Positions 1 through 12,830 of a stretch of 64,000 nucleotides of DNA are shown here, piece after piece (positions within the stretch are counted from its first letter, which is position 1; every line of letters starts with the position of its first letter). The notes under the pieces were generated by a model. The model was not told the DNA's origin. It was given only the letters and a program-made list of their open reading frames with translations, and did not search any database. The translations under genes were made by a program, and so were the position numbers. The DNA lies in NCBI RefSeq assembly GCF_018350175.1, contig NC_058368.1, forward strand, positions 217,932,001 through 217,996,000. The letters run 5' to 3'. The stretch comes from Felis catus (taxonomy: Eukaryota).

Positions 1-110
1 ACAATGTGGAGCCTGCTTGGGATACTCTCTCTCTCCCTCTCTCTCTCTCTCTGCCCCTGCCCTGTGCACTTGCCCTCTCTCTCTTTCTCAAAATAAATAA
101 ACTTTTTAAA
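1..110 (+). mobile_element. CanSINE 3' part (cut by window edge)
   Basis: GGAGCCTGCTTGGGAT, (CT)n, TGCCCCT, then AAAATAAATAAA tail. Confidence 0.9.
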
Positions 111-1069
111 AATTCTGTTTTTCCCTATGTTCATAGAATATTACAAAGATATATTGATTCCCAGTGTATCAAACAGTCCCTGTATTATCAGCTAAATTTT
201 TTGTACTCAAAAGCAACATTTGTGGCTCAGACCACACGTTTTAAAGATAGCCTGATTTTGTGAGAACTTAGGAACTATCACTTTATTAGATATTTTTAAT
301 CACAAATTAATCCTTAAAGCCAAATGGATCTTAGACATGCCCTTACACCTTCTCGACCCTATCAATAAGCTTTCTCTTTGCCAATCTACTTAAAGGAAAC
401 TACATGTTAATGAAGTTTATCAGCCTGTGCAATTAATTTGCACACTCTTCTACTATTTAAGCTGTCAATCTTTTTCCTCCAACATTTTATTTTAGGCCCT
501 GCCAATCATTACTCAGTAAACTTGTATTCTACTTGATAGTTGAAAATATACTGATAATTACATATGAATGAAAGAATAATGGATGGGAAGAAAATCTATT
601 TAAGTATTTTATTATAGTATATTAAACAGATAAAGATAAGGCAGAAAATAGTGTATCAATTTAACCTAATACACCAAACATGTATGTAGTTGTTTGTAAA
701 TCATAACAATTTACAAGTAGTTTTATAAAACCTCATGTCTCACTCTAAACTTTAAAAAAGAAACTTTGCATTTCAAATCCTTTACACCTTTCATTATTTA
801 TTTACATATTACTGCACAATAACTTTTAAAAAGAATATTTTGACAAAATTTCATTCACTTCTAAACCAAGAGTGTGTGAGTTATCTATTGTTGTGTATCT
901 TACTGCCCCCAGCTTCACAGTCCTTTGAGTCAGACATGCTGGCTACTCTGTGCTCAACTCAAAGATACTTCTCCTTGCCTTGGCCTAATACCCAGTGAAG
1001 TTGCCTTCTTCTGGTGGTATATCATGTAAGATGGACTCAGTCACATGTCTAGTATTTAGTGGTGACTTT

Positions 1070-1209
1070 TTTCCTAAATTTATTACCATATAATCAACAT
1101 AAAACATTGCATAAGTTTAAATTATACAGCACGCTGATTTGATACACTTATGTATTGCAAAATGACTGACACAATGAGTTAGCAATGTCATCATGTCACA
1201 TAATTACCA

Positions 1210-1247
<38 letters not shown>

Positions 1248-1600
1248 GTGAGAACATTTAAGATTAACTTTCTTAACAACTTTCATGTATACATTAGTGT
1301 TAGCTATAATCCCAAAGCTGCGCATTAGATCCCCAGAACGCATTCATCTTCTAACTGGAAGTTTGTACTCTTTGATCAACATCTCCCCATCCCCACCCTA
1401 CCCCAGTTCCCGGTAACCATCATTCTATTCTCTGTTTCTATGAGTTTGGCTTTTTTCAGTTCTACATATAAGTGATTTCATATAATATTTGTCTTTCTCT
1501 GACATTTCACTTAGCATAATGCCTTTAAGTGCATCTATGTTGTCACTAATGGAAGGATTACCTTATTTCTCATAAGTGAATAATAGTCCATTATAAAGAT
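1070..1600 (-). mobile_element. L1 3' end (older L1MA-like 3' UTR) with internal (TG)n
   Basis: Antisense L1 3' motifs TTTCACTTAGCATAATG, CATCTATGTTGTC, GGTAACCATCATTCTATTCTCTGTTTCTATGAGTT. Confidence 0.85.
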
Positions 1601-2115
1601 ATATGCTTTTACTAAGCCTCTTACTGCACATGGTCTCTCATCCTCACAGAAACTATATGGGACTTACTTTCATAGCCCTCTCAGGAGCCATGGAACAAGT
1701 GGATGAGAGCCAAAGAGGCAGGATCTCTTAAGGATTATTTTCAAAAGTACTATACCATCAATCTTGTGGCATTCTGCTGAAAAAAGTAAATCACAAGGTA
1801 AGCTAAGATTCAAGGTAGTAGAGAAATAAGTATTATTTGTAGAAAGCAAGAACATCAAAGTCATATTCAAAGGGTATACATAGAAGGGTAATATGAATTT
1901 ATGGACATTTGTGTAATGTGCCACATACATATCTCACACTTTAATAATATCAGCATACCCTTTAAATAGGAAGTAAAATTCTTATTTCCTCATATTAGCA
2001 TGATTTTTTAAAAATCACTAAATTATATATTCATGAACATAACCTGTTCTTAAAATCCTATTTTAATTTTCATTCAAAAATCAATTTATATATTACATAC
2101 AATTAAATTAAACTT

Positions 2116-2339
2116 ATTTTTTTAATTTTTTTAATCCACATGGTTGTTTTAAATTTTTTTTAACCTTTATTCATTTTTGAGAGACAGAGTGTGAGCAGGG
2201 GAGGGTCAGAGAGAGAGGGAGACACAGGATCTGAAGCAGGTTCCATGCTCTTAGCTGTCAGCACAGAACCTGATGCGAGGCTCAAACCCATGACCTGAGC
2301 TGAAGTCGGAATCCAACTGACTGAGCCACCAGGAACTCC
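2116..2339 (-). mobile_element. CanSINE with small internal deletion
   Basis: T-rich tail, GAGAGACAGAG, GACCTGAGCTGAAGTCGG; flanks AAATTAAACTT/AAACTAAACTT. Confidence 0.9.
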
Positions 2340-2450
2340 AAAACTAAACTTGTTAAATCTATTTATATTTATATATTTCCATATTATAAATTGTAATTTC
2401 TTGCTTAGCTCAATTATCTAATCTGGGTTTAATAGAAAGAAAAAATACCA

Positions 2451-2628
2451 GGGCACATGGACAGCTCAGTCAGTTGAAGGTTTCACTCTGGATTTTAGCT
2501 CAGGACATGACACCAGGGTTGTGGGATCAAGCCCCACACTGGGCTCTGTCCTGAGCATGGAGCCTGCTTAAGATTTTCTCTCTCCCTCTGTCCCTCTCCC
2601 CTGCTCTTACTCTCTCTCTCTCAAAAAA
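2451..2628 (+). mobile_element. CanSINE (older)
   Basis: GGGCACATGGACAGCTCAGTCAGTT head, GGAGCCTGCTTAAGATT, (CT)n, A tail. Confidence 0.9.
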
Positions 2629-2749
2629 TATATACGCATTTGTATTTTCTATATTTACTTGATTATTTTATTTTACTTTGAGGCTAGTGAACAATAACAT
2701 TAATCAACATTATCATTGCAAAATAATAAATATGTCCATTATTGAAGCT

Positions 2750-4270
2750 ATACCATGCTCATGAATTAGAGTAATGAATATTATCAAAATGTCCATACTA
2801 CACAAAGTAATCTACAGATTCAATGCAATCCCTATTAAAATACCAATAGTATTATTCACAGATCTAGAAAATATAATTCTAAATTTTCATGGAACCACAA
2901 AAGACCCTGAATAGCCAACCGACCTTGAGAAAGAAGAACAGAGCTACTGATATCACAATCCCAGATTTCAAGATGTACTACAAAGCTACAGTAATCAAAA
3001 CAGTGTGGTACTGGCACAAAAACAGACATATAGATCTAGGGAACAGGATAGAGAGCCCAAAAATAAACCCACATTTACACAGTCAATTAATCTATGGCAA
3101 AGGAGGCAAGAATATAAAATGGGTAAAAGAGTCTTCAATAAAGGGTGTTCAGAAAACTGGACAGGTGCATGCAAAAGAATGAAAATGGACCACTTTTCCA
3201 TTGGAAATGGAAATTGAAATGGTCCATTGAAAATGGACCACCCACAAAAATAAACTCAAAATGGATTAAACACCTAAATGTGAGACCTGAAACCAGAAAT
3301 CACCTTAAAGAAATATTGGCAGTAATCTCTTTGACATTGGCCTTAGTAACATTTTTCTAGATATATCTCCTGAGGCAAAGAAAACAAAAACAAAAAATAA
3401 CTATTAACCAAAAGAAAGCTTTTGCACAGTGAAAGAAATCATCAACAAAATGAAAGGCAACCTATTAAATGGAAGCTATTTTTAAAGATAATTAATAAAG
3501 GGTTAATAGCCATAATATATAAAGAAGTTATAAAGTCAACACCAGAAAATAAAAAAGAAAAAATAAATAAATGATAATAATCTGATTAAAAATGTGCAGA
3601 AGACCTAAATAGACATTTTTTTAAAGAACACATACAAATGGCCAACAGGCACATGAAAAGATGCTCTTCATCACTAATAATCAGGGAAATGCAAATCAAA
3701 ACCCCGATACTGGGTCACCTGTATGGTTCAGTTGATTCAGTATCTGACTCTTGATTTCAGCTTAGGTCATGGTCCCAGGGTCATGTGATCAAGCCCCACA
3801 TAAGGCTCTGTGATGGGCATAGAGACTGTTTGGGATTCTATCTCTTCCTTTGCCTTTCTCTCCCACTCACATGCTCTCTCGCTCTCTCCTCTCTCTCTAA
3901 TAAATAAAAAATAAATAAATAATTTTAAAAGAAAACCACAATATCAACTTATACCTGTTAGAATGGCTAAAGTCAAAAACTCAAGAAAATAACAAATGTT
4001 GGAGAGGATGTGGAGAAAGGGAAACTTCATGCACTATTGATGGGAATGTAAATTGGTGCAACCAATGAAGAAAACAGTATGGAAGTTCCTCAAAAAAATT
4101 AATGATAGAAATACCATATAATGCAGTAATCCCACTAATAGGTATTTTCCAAAAGAAAATAAAATCACTAATTTTAAAAGACATATGCATCCCTATGTTT
4201 ATTACAGCATTCTTTACAATAGCCAAGATATGGAAGCAACCTAAGTGTCCATCAATAGATGAATGGATAA

Positions 4271-4309
<39 letters not shown>

Positions 4310-4765
4310 TGTGGTGTATTACATACTAGAATTTTACTCAGCCATAAAATATAATGAGATCTCGCCATTTGCAACAACATAGATGGACCTAGAGGGTATA
4401 AAGCTACGTAAAGTCAGAGAAAGAAAAATGCCATGTGATTTCACTTGCATGTGAAACCTAAAAAACAAAACAAGTGACCAAATCAGAAATAAAATCATAA
4501 ATACAAGGAAGAAACTGGTGGTTGCCAGAGGGGAGAGGGTTGCGGCGGATGCATGAAATACGTAAAAAGAATTAACAGGCACAAACTTCCAGCTATAAAA
4601 TAAGTCACCGGCATGAAAAATATAGCATAGTCAGTAGTATTTTAATAATGCTACATGGTGACAGCTGGTGACTACATTTATCATGGTAAGCACTGAATAA
4701 TGTACAGAATTGGTTAATTGTACACCTGACACTAATATATGTCAACTATACTTCAAAAAATTTTT
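2750..4765 (+). mobile_element. 5'-truncated L1: 3' ORF2 plus 3' UTR, frameshifted
   Basis: ORF2 peptides [28 protein letters not shown] and CIPMFITAFFTIAKIWKQPKCPSIDEWIK; ends in A-rich tail near 4755. Confidence 0.95.
3712..3930 (+). mobile_element. CanSINE inserted in L1
   Basis: SINE body between imperfect TSD AAAACCCCGATA/AAAACCACAATA. Confidence 0.9.
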
Positions 4766-4899
4766 TTAACAATAAGTTAATACAAACCATGTGTTTGCTA
4801 AGTTTTGAACAGGCAATCTATTTAATATCCAGAATGTTGTACTAAAGAAAAAAATTATCCATGACCATTTCTTCATGAAAATGTAATGAATATATTATT

Positions 4900-5430
4900 T
4901 TGGCCTAAGGCATGTGCTACCCGTTCTTCTTACAGTATCTTTATTTTTGGTAAAATATTTTTCTATCCCTGGTTCAGGTGATTCAAGCTGATCTGATTCT
5001 ATCATTTTATTCCAGCATTGGGCATAGTATCTATGTGTTCCCATTAAATGAATTCTTCCATCTGGGAATGGAGATCATGGTTTAGGCATGGTCTGGTAAA
5101 TCAGCTTGGCCAAATTAGAGTCAGACTACTGATTTTGAATGGAAATACTGGCATCATACTATTTTCCTTTTTCTGGCAAAACAAGTAGCAATCTTTTCTA
5201 CAATGTGGGCTTCGTTTACCCCGATACTGAAGCCAACACACCTGAAAGCAAAGCTAAAGGATATAAAACACAAAGTCTTGATGACATTTACTGCTTCCAT
5301 AATCTAACATGTTGGCCATCAGAGCTACCTCTGGAACTTTTTGATTCATGAACCACTAAGCTTCCACTTTTGCTTAAGTCACTTACTACTGGTTTTCTAT
5401 CACAAGCCAGGTAAATAGTACCAACCACAA
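4900..5430 (+). mobile_element. Ancient MaLR LTR (MLT1-like)
   Basis: MLT1-type 3' end GAAGCCAACAC...GTCTTGATGACATT...CTACCTCTGGAACTT...TTGCTTAAGTCA...GGTTTTCTATCAC. Confidence 0.6.
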
Positions 5431-5449
5431 AAAATTTATCAAGACTCTT

Positions 5450-5537
5450 TTTTTAAGCTTATTTATTTATTTTGAGAGAGAGCACACACACAAGCAGGGG
5501 AGGGAAGAGAAAGGAAGAGAGAGAGAGAGAGAAAGAG

Positions 5538-5589
<52 letters not shown>

Positions 5590-5713
5590 CCAAGCAGGCT
5601 CTGCACTGTCAGCTCAGAGCCCAATGCGGATCTCAAACTCATGAGCCATGGGATCATGACCTGAGCTGAAACTGAGAGTCAGATGCTTAACCAACTAGGC
5701 CACCCAGGTGCCC
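5450..5713 (-). mobile_element. CanSINE with expanded (GA)n
   Basis: Perfect 16-bp TSD ATTTATCAAGACTCTT at 5434-5449 and 5716-5731. Confidence 0.95.
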
Positions 5714-6477
5714 TTATTTATCAAGACTCTTGTATGAATATAATATTACAAGTGGGTATGTGCAAACAGGGAATCAGTGTAACAAGTCTGTCGACTTTGT
5801 AAAGACGGTATATTCAGCTCATTTCTATTTGGATGGCCATTGTGTAATAAGCATATTGTATCACTGCATTTTCCTATTTGGAATACTATAAAACCTCTGT
5901 TCCTAGTGCATGATATCATGTAATTACTTGGCATGGAAGCATCCTTTACATATTATTCATTATTTCAATGAAAGTATATTATTTCTTCACACTTGTGTTT
6001 TCATTGTGACAAAACAAAATTTCAATAATCACTTCATAGGATTAAAATGCAAATACTCTTCAGTCAGATTTATCAGGGTAAAGACACAGCAGAATTCAGT
6101 ATTACTACGGGTCAATTTCAATTAATGTTAGTGTCAAAACATGGGTAGCAAGTAGGCATGTCTACAAATACATCAAATTGTGTGGCAGAGAACAGTTATA
6201 AGCTTTATAATAAGTTTTGAAAGTTATTGAAACACTACCAAAACATTTAAACACTTTTATTTATTCATTTTTATTTAACCATTTCTCAATAATTATTTGA
6301 AAAAAATCTAACATTTTTAAATACAAATATACATAAATTGTTCTATTCATAAATGACTTTTTTTTTAATTATAGTTTCAGCTTGCTAGTCTCAATGAAAT
6401 TTGTTTTGTTGTTACTAGTAATACTGGCAACAGTTCTAAAGAGGTTTATGTCTCATCTATTTAAAATATAATTTCTC

Positions 6478-6688
6478 GGGGTGCCTGGGTGGCTCAGTCG
6501 GTTGAGCTTCTGACTTCAGCTCAGGTCATGATCTCACGGTTCATGAGTTTGAGCCCCGCTTCAGGCTCTGTGCCAACAGCTCAGAGCCTAGAGCCTGCTT
6601 CTGATTCTGTGTCTCTCTCTCTGCCCCTCCCCTGCTCACGCTCTGTCTCTCTCATGCAAAAATAAATAATGAAACACTTTTTAAAGGT
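6478..6688 (+). mobile_element. CanSINE
   Basis: GGGGTGCCTGGGTGGCTCAGTCGGTTGAGC head, full body, A tail. Confidence 0.95.
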
Positions 6689-6703
6689 TTTAATGTAATT
6701 TCT

Positions 6704-6913
6704 TTTTAAGTTTTTTTTAATTTATTTATTATTTATTTTTGGGAAAGACTAAGTGCGAGCAGGGGAGGGACCGAGAGAGAGGGAGAATCCCAAGCAGGCT
6801 CCACGCTGCCAGTGCAGAGTCCCACATGGGGTTCGGACTCACAAACTGTGAGATCAAGACCTGGCCCAAAATCAAGAGTCAGACACTTGATGACTGAGCC
6901 ACCCAGGCACCCC
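6704..6913 (-). mobile_element. CanSINE, tail-to-tail with previous copy
   Basis: T-rich tail through to TGAGCCACCCAGGCACCCC. Confidence 0.95.
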
Positions 6914-8039
6914 TAAAATGTAATTTCTACACACATGGCTTCCAACTTAGTATCAACATCTCTTAAAGAGTCTGTAGCTTTCATTCCCATTGTAAACAGT
7001 ACACACTACCTCAGGAAACTAGTGTATCTCCGTCTGTGAACCAAAAGAAAATAACTCTCTCTCAACACAATAATAAATGTCTCATTGCCTTTCCCTAGCA
7101 TAATATAGCCAAATATTGTCTAGGAAATTTTGTAAAAATCATGTTAAATATGAGGGGGAAAAAAAGAAGATGAACACGATGGGTTGGTTACAAAAGAAAA
7201 GGAGGCAGTAGAAGGAAGATGAAATTGGAAGAAAAATTTTAAAAGAAAAATGTAAAATTAGCATGGAATGCCAAGTTTCCAGGATATACGTAAGAAATCT
7301 AACATGAATAGTACAGATTTAGAATAGCCTGACTTCCTTAATAGTGTCAGACCATTTTTTTCAAATTACGTTGTACATTTTTTGTTTATTTTGTTGTTGT
7401 TGTTGTTTTATTTCCCCACTTTTGGGATGTCAGTCATAAGCATATGAGACATATACATTCAATAGGATCACCATGAGCCAAAAGCAATTGTCCACATTAA
7501 GCATATCTTAATTAACTTAAGTTTATGAAAATTAAAGCTAAAAAAAAAGTCCTTCAAGAGTCAGGTAAAGTTTCCTAATTTGTTTTAAGTAGAAAAAAAT
7601 CTTGGCTACCAAATTTTCTATAAAAACAATGAAATCAAATAAAAATTAGCAATATCCACAAGATATTTAGTGGGAAAAGTGGAAAATGAGAATTTTTAAA
7701 CACAGTCTATATTCAAATATAAATTCAATAATTAAAAAAAATTCCAAGAAATATTGTTCCCATGACCTTTTTGAGGAAACATTTTCAAGATTATCTATCT
7801 CCCAATAAACATAATGTGTGAAGCTGTAACAAAACACCAGACATAAGTATTGATACATCTAATTGCAGAGCTAAGATGAAAACCAATGTGGTGTAAGAGT
7901 GACAAAATACAGTGTGTGTGGGAGGGGGAGTGAGTGGGTGTGTGTGGGTGTGTTTTAACCAATACCAAAATGATGCAAGGAAAAAAAGAGAAGAGAAATA
8001 GAAAGAAGACCATAAAATAAGCTTGCTTGTTGCTTTATT

Positions 8040-8276
8040 TTTTATTTATTTATTTTTTTTTAAATTTTTTTCAACGTTTTTATTTATTTTTGGGACAGAG
8101 AGAAACAGAGCATGAACGGGGGAGGGGCAGAGAGAGAGGGAGACACAGAATCGGAAACAGGCTCCAGGCTCCGAGCCATCAGCCCAGAGCCTGACGCGGG
8201 GCTCGAACTCACGGACCGCGAGATCATGACCTGGCTGAAGTCGGACGCTTAACCTACTGCGCCACCCAGGCGCCCC
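8040..8276 (-). mobile_element. Young felid SINEC_Fc-type SINE
   Basis: CpG-rich body GACGCGGGGCTCGAACTCACGGACCGCGAG; TSD TTGTTGCTTTATT at 8027-8039 and 8279-8291. Confidence 0.97.
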
Positions 8277-8369
8277 GATTGTTGCTTTATTATAATAGTT
8301 GGAAGCCATAAACAATCATGTAAATATGGCAAATGAAGTAGGTGATAAGTATATTTAAAAGTATGAAGG

Positions 8370-9320
8370 TGACATGAACATTGACAGTTACTTTTCCAAA
8401 GAAGGCATCCAGATGGCTAACAGACCCATGGAAAGATGCTCCACATCACTCATCATCAGGGAGATACAAATCAAAACCACAATGAGATACCATCTCACAC
8501 CTGTTAGAATGGCTAAAACTAACGACTCAGGAAACAACAGATTTTGGCGAGGATGCGGAGAAACGGGAACGCTTTGCTGGTGGGAATACAAACTGTTGCA
8601 GCATTTCTGGACATCCATACAGAGGTTCCTCAAAAAATTAAAAATAGAGCTACCCTATGGCCCAGCAATTGCACTACTAGGTATTTATCCAAAGGCTACA
8701 AAGATGCTGATTTGAAGGGGCACATAACCCCCGTATTTATAGCAGCATTATCAACCATAGCCAAATTATGGAAAAAGCCCAAATGTCCATTGACTCATGA
8801 ATGGATAAAGAAGATATGGTGTGTGTATACACACACACACATATACATATACAGAATGGAATATTACTCAGCCATCAAAAAGAATGAAATCTTTCCATTT
8901 GCAACAATGTGGATGGAACTAGAAAGTATTATGCTGAGAGAAATAAGCCAGTCAGAGAAAGATAAATATCATATGACTTCACTCATATGTGGAATTTAAG
9001 AAATAAAACATGGACATAGGAGAAAGTTGGGAAAAACAAGATTAAAACAGAAAAGAAAACAAACCATAAGAGACTCTTAAATAAAGAGAACAAACTGAGG
9101 GTTGCTGGAGGGGTATTGGGTGGGGGATGGGCTAAATGGCTGATGGGCATCAAGGAGGGCACTTGCCAGGATGACTACTGGGTGATGTATGTAAGTGATG
9201 AATCACTAAATTCTACTCCTAAACCATTACTACACTATATGTTAACTCAAATTCTACTCCTAAAATCATTATTACACTATATGTTAACTCACTTGGATTT
9301 AAATTAAAAAATATATTAAA
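8370..9320 (+). mobile_element. Carnivore L1 3' end (ORF2 C-terminus plus 3' UTR)
   Basis: [26 protein letters not shown] and MEYYSAIKKNEIFPFATMWMELESIML; carnivore-type 3' UTR. Confidence 0.95.
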
Positions 9321-9479
9321 TAATAATTTTCAAAATATGAAAGCAAATACAAAGAAAAATAAGAGTTTTGATTAAAAGTGAATTGTGAAAGACAATGGGA
9401 GAGAATAAAGAAAAAAGTTAATAGAAAACAAACCATATAAATATAATATATGTCAGGATATATACTGAAGGATATGTAT

Positions 9480-9920
9480 ACAAATTAAAAACAGCAAAGG
9501 CAAAAGGTCCTTGGGGCTTAGGGAGAAATCAGTCATCGGAATTCAGTTGTCCTTGCCCTATGGAGTCATGCAGGTAGCACTTAATTCAGCAATGACACAG
9601 CACTGGTAATCAGGGATGCTCACCTGAGGCATAGTGGCTAGGGTTTTGTTGGGGTTAGTCATGTGGGCATGGGGCTCCCACATGACTGAAATCAACTACT
9701 CTGAGTACAGATCTCTCCTTCCTCTGTGTCCAGATGTCTAACTGATAGAGCACAGCGCAAGACCACAAGTGAACAAAACCAAATATTCATCATCAATATC
9801 ATCATTATTGCAAATTGTCTGGCATAGCCAAATGGCCTAAACATATAGGTATACAGACACACTTCAAAGATTCTTATCAGGCAGAATATTCCAAGTTTTA
9901 TAGAGTATCTCTCAGAAGGG
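9480..9920. mobile_element. MER21-like LTR fragment
   Basis: Resembles recalled MER21 text: TGGAGTCA...CTTAATTC...CAGGGATGCTCACC...GGGGTTAGTCATGTGGGCATGG...CTTATCAGGCAGAATATTCCAAG. Confidence 0.65.
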
Positions 9921-10349
9921 TAAAGAGTATGTTTTTGTTTGTTTGTTTGGGTTTTTTTTTTTTTTTTGGATGTGAAGTATTTGTGCATCCCAAGCTTCCA
10001 CTGAATTAACTGCAAATATATATCTATAGATATGCATATATATCACTATATATCTATACACATACATAATATGTGACTACACATGACCATATATAACTAT
10101 ATGTAGTAGCTATACTCTATAGTATGTAGTATTTAGCAGAGTATGGATACTATATATAGTGGTATTTTATTATATGTACATTGTTTTATATATTTAGGTG
10201 GCTGTTTATGGAAATAAAACATAACATTACTATAAAACAAAAATCAAAATAACTGTCACTCAATTATATATAGGTTTTAAATTCATTATAAGGAACAAAG
10301 GTGCCTTTTTTGTATTATATAATTTTTAAAAACAAGAAAATTAGCACTA

Positions 10350-10825
10350 ATATTATGCAGCCAAAAAAAAGAATGAGGTCTTACCATTTGCAACAACATG
10401 GATAGACCTGGAGGGTATTATGCTAAGTGAAATAAGTCAGTCAGAGAAAGACAAATACCATACGATTTCACTCATATGAAGAATCTAAAACTAAAAAAAA
10501 AAAAATGAATAAATAAACAATTTGCAGAATCAGACCTAAACATACAGAGAACAAACTGATGGTTGCCAGAGAGGAAGGAGTGAGGGGTGGGCAAAATGGG
10601 GTATATAGACACCCAGTTATGGAATTAGTAAGTCCTGGGAATAAAAGGCACACCATGGGGAATATGGCCAAAAATATTGTAATAGCATTGTATGGTGACA
10701 CACAGTATTCACATTGTGGTGAGCATAACGTATAGAGAAGACGAATCATTATGTTGTATGTCTGAAACTAATGCAAATTTGTGTTACCTATATTGAAATT
10801 AAAAAATACATATAAAAAAAAAAAC
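10350..10825 (+). mobile_element. L1 3' end (carnivore)
   Basis: CCATTTGCAACAACATGGATAGACCTGGAGGGTATTATGCTAAGTGAAATAAGTCAG, 3' UTR, A tail. Confidence 0.9.
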
Positions 10826-10829
10826 AAGT

Positions 10830-11310
10830 AATATCAAAACTAAATACAGTGTGGTACCCTGGATTGGGTCCCATGACTGAAAGAGAACACTAATAGAAAA
10901 CCTGATGAAATCCAAATAAAATCCACAATTCAGTTATTAGTAATGTAACAATGTTGTTTTGACAAATGGACTATGATAATATGAGACAGTAACGATGGAA
11001 ACTTGATGAAGACTATGAGGGAATTTTCTATAATTTCTTTTTTTAATTTTTTTTACATTAATTTTGAGAAACAGAGTGAGACACAGCGTGAGCGGGGGAG
11101 GGGCAGAGAGAAAAGGAGACACAGAACTGAAGCAGGCTCCTGGCTCTGAGCACGCGGTCAGCACAGAGCCAGATGCGGGGCTCGAATCCACAAACTTTGA
11201 GATCATGACCTGAGCCAAAGTCGGACACTCAACCGATTGAGCCACTCAGGCGCCCCAAGTAATTTTTTTGTAACTTTCCTGTTAAATCTAAAATTATTCC
11301 AAAATTTAAA
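10830..11310 (+). mobile_element. Old L1MC/ME-like 3' UTR fragment split by a SINE
   Basis: GTGGTACCCTGGATTGGGTCCC...GAAATCCAAATAAA...AACTTTCCTGTTAAATCTAAAATTATTCCAAAAT. Confidence 0.6.
11035..11256 (-). mobile_element. CanSINE
   Basis: Antisense SINE ending GCCACTCAGGCGCCCC. Confidence 0.95.
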
Positions 11311-11559
11311 AAAAGACAATTAGCACTAATAAAAATTTAAAAGTTATGTATTTTTAAAATATGCAGATAAAAAAAGGATAATCTGATAACCTAACCCTAA
11401 CCCCTAACCCTTATCTTTTTAAAGAATAATCACCAAACAACTAGCAAAAAAACCAAAATAATGAAAATTTACTTCTCTATATATATTTTTAAATTGTAAA
11501 AAATGGTTAAGTTTCTAGAAAAATATGTCTGTATAGTCAAAAAAATCTCAAAACAAGCT

Positions 11560-12830
11560 CATTTACAATGACGGAGAATTTTTCATAGAACTAACTAGCC
11601 CTCAGATGGGCCCAAGTTTAGATGCATTCTCCCTGGTAAATTCAAAGAAACCTTTAAAGATATGACAATTCCACTTTCAACAATAGCCAAATTATGGAAA
11701 AGAGCCTAAACGTCCATCACCTGATGAATGGATAAAGAAATTGTGGTTTATATACACAATGGAATACTACGTGGCAATGAGAAAGAACAAAATATGGCCT
11801 TTTGTAGCAACATGGATGGAACTGGAGAGTGTTATGCTAAGTGAAATAAGTCATACAGAGAAAGATACCATATATTTTCACTCTTATGTGGATCCTGAGA
11901 AACAACAGAAGTCCATGGGGGAGGGGAAGAAAAAAAAAAGAAGTTAGAGAGGGAGGGAGCGAAAGCATAAGAGACTCTTAAAAACTGAAAACAAACTGAG
12001 GGTTGATGGGGGTTGGGAGGAAGGGGAGGGTGGGTGATGGGTATTGAGGAGGGCACCTTTTGGGATGAGCACTGGGTGTTGTATGGAATCCAATTTGACA
12101 ATAAATTTCATATTAAAAAAATAAAAATAAAAATAAAAATATGACAATTCTTATATTATATTAATTGTTCCAAAACAGAAAAAGAAGGAAAACTTTAAAA
12201 CTAGTTTGAATTACATAACATTTTTATTAAACCCTAACAAAGATTACCCCACTGAAATACTGCATACCGACCTCAATTATTGATACAAATGCAAAATTCT
12301 TAATCTATTAGCAAACAGAATTTAGCAGACTGGTCAAACATGACCAAACTAGTTTGTACCAGAAATGTAAAAAAAGTTCCATGGTGGAAAATAAATAATA
12401 ATCACTCATCATATTAATAAACCTAATGAAAAACATATTTTCTTCACAAATGATGAAAAAGCATTTGACAAAATTCAACACATGTGCCGGATAAAGATTC
12501 GCAAATCAACAGGAACCACCTTAATGAGATGATACACATCTCAGCCCGAAAGTCAACATCACACACAACAGAGAAACAATAAAACACCTGAGACACATCC
12601 TCTAAAGCCAAAGCCAAAACAATAGTAGGAACTAACTACTGTGCTGGTTATTTATCAGCAATTAGAAATATCAGTTTAGAAATTAGAAATGTAACAATTG
12701 GGAAGAACAGGGAAACTGTGGCTAATCACCACTGATACAATTGTATAAAGGAATGATTTTCAGAATCAAGTGAAATTACTATAAATAAGAGAATATAAGC
12801 AATTAGTCAAGTATAAAATGAATTTATGGA
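11560..12830 (+). mobile_element. Ancient L1 ORF2 (RT region) relic interrupted by a younger L1
   Basis: Degenerate RT text GATACAAATGCAAAATTCTTAAT...TTAGCAAACAGAATT...GATGAAAAAGCATTTGACAAAATTCAAC (D-EKAFDKIQ). Confidence 0.75.
11672..12138 (+). mobile_element. Young felid-type L1 3' end, 5'-truncated
   Basis: MWFIYTMEYYVAMRKNKIWPFVATWMELESVMLSEIS; (AAAAAT)n tail; TSD ATATGACAATTC at 11660-11671 and 12139-12150. Confidence 0.95.

Noticed and set aside
6478..6560. tRNA-like A and B boxes at SINE heads
   Set aside because: These are the tRNA-derived heads of CanSINEs, not tRNA genes.
8374..8999. ORFs of 113 and 151 aa
   Set aside because: Frameshifted L1 ORF2 C-terminus, not a host gene; the same holds for ORFs at 2889-4329, 50841-53799 and 62386-63905.
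11387..11411. Telomere-like TAACCTAACCCTAACCCCTAACCCT
   Set aside because: Only 3-4 imperfect units; too short to call an interstitial telomeric sequence.
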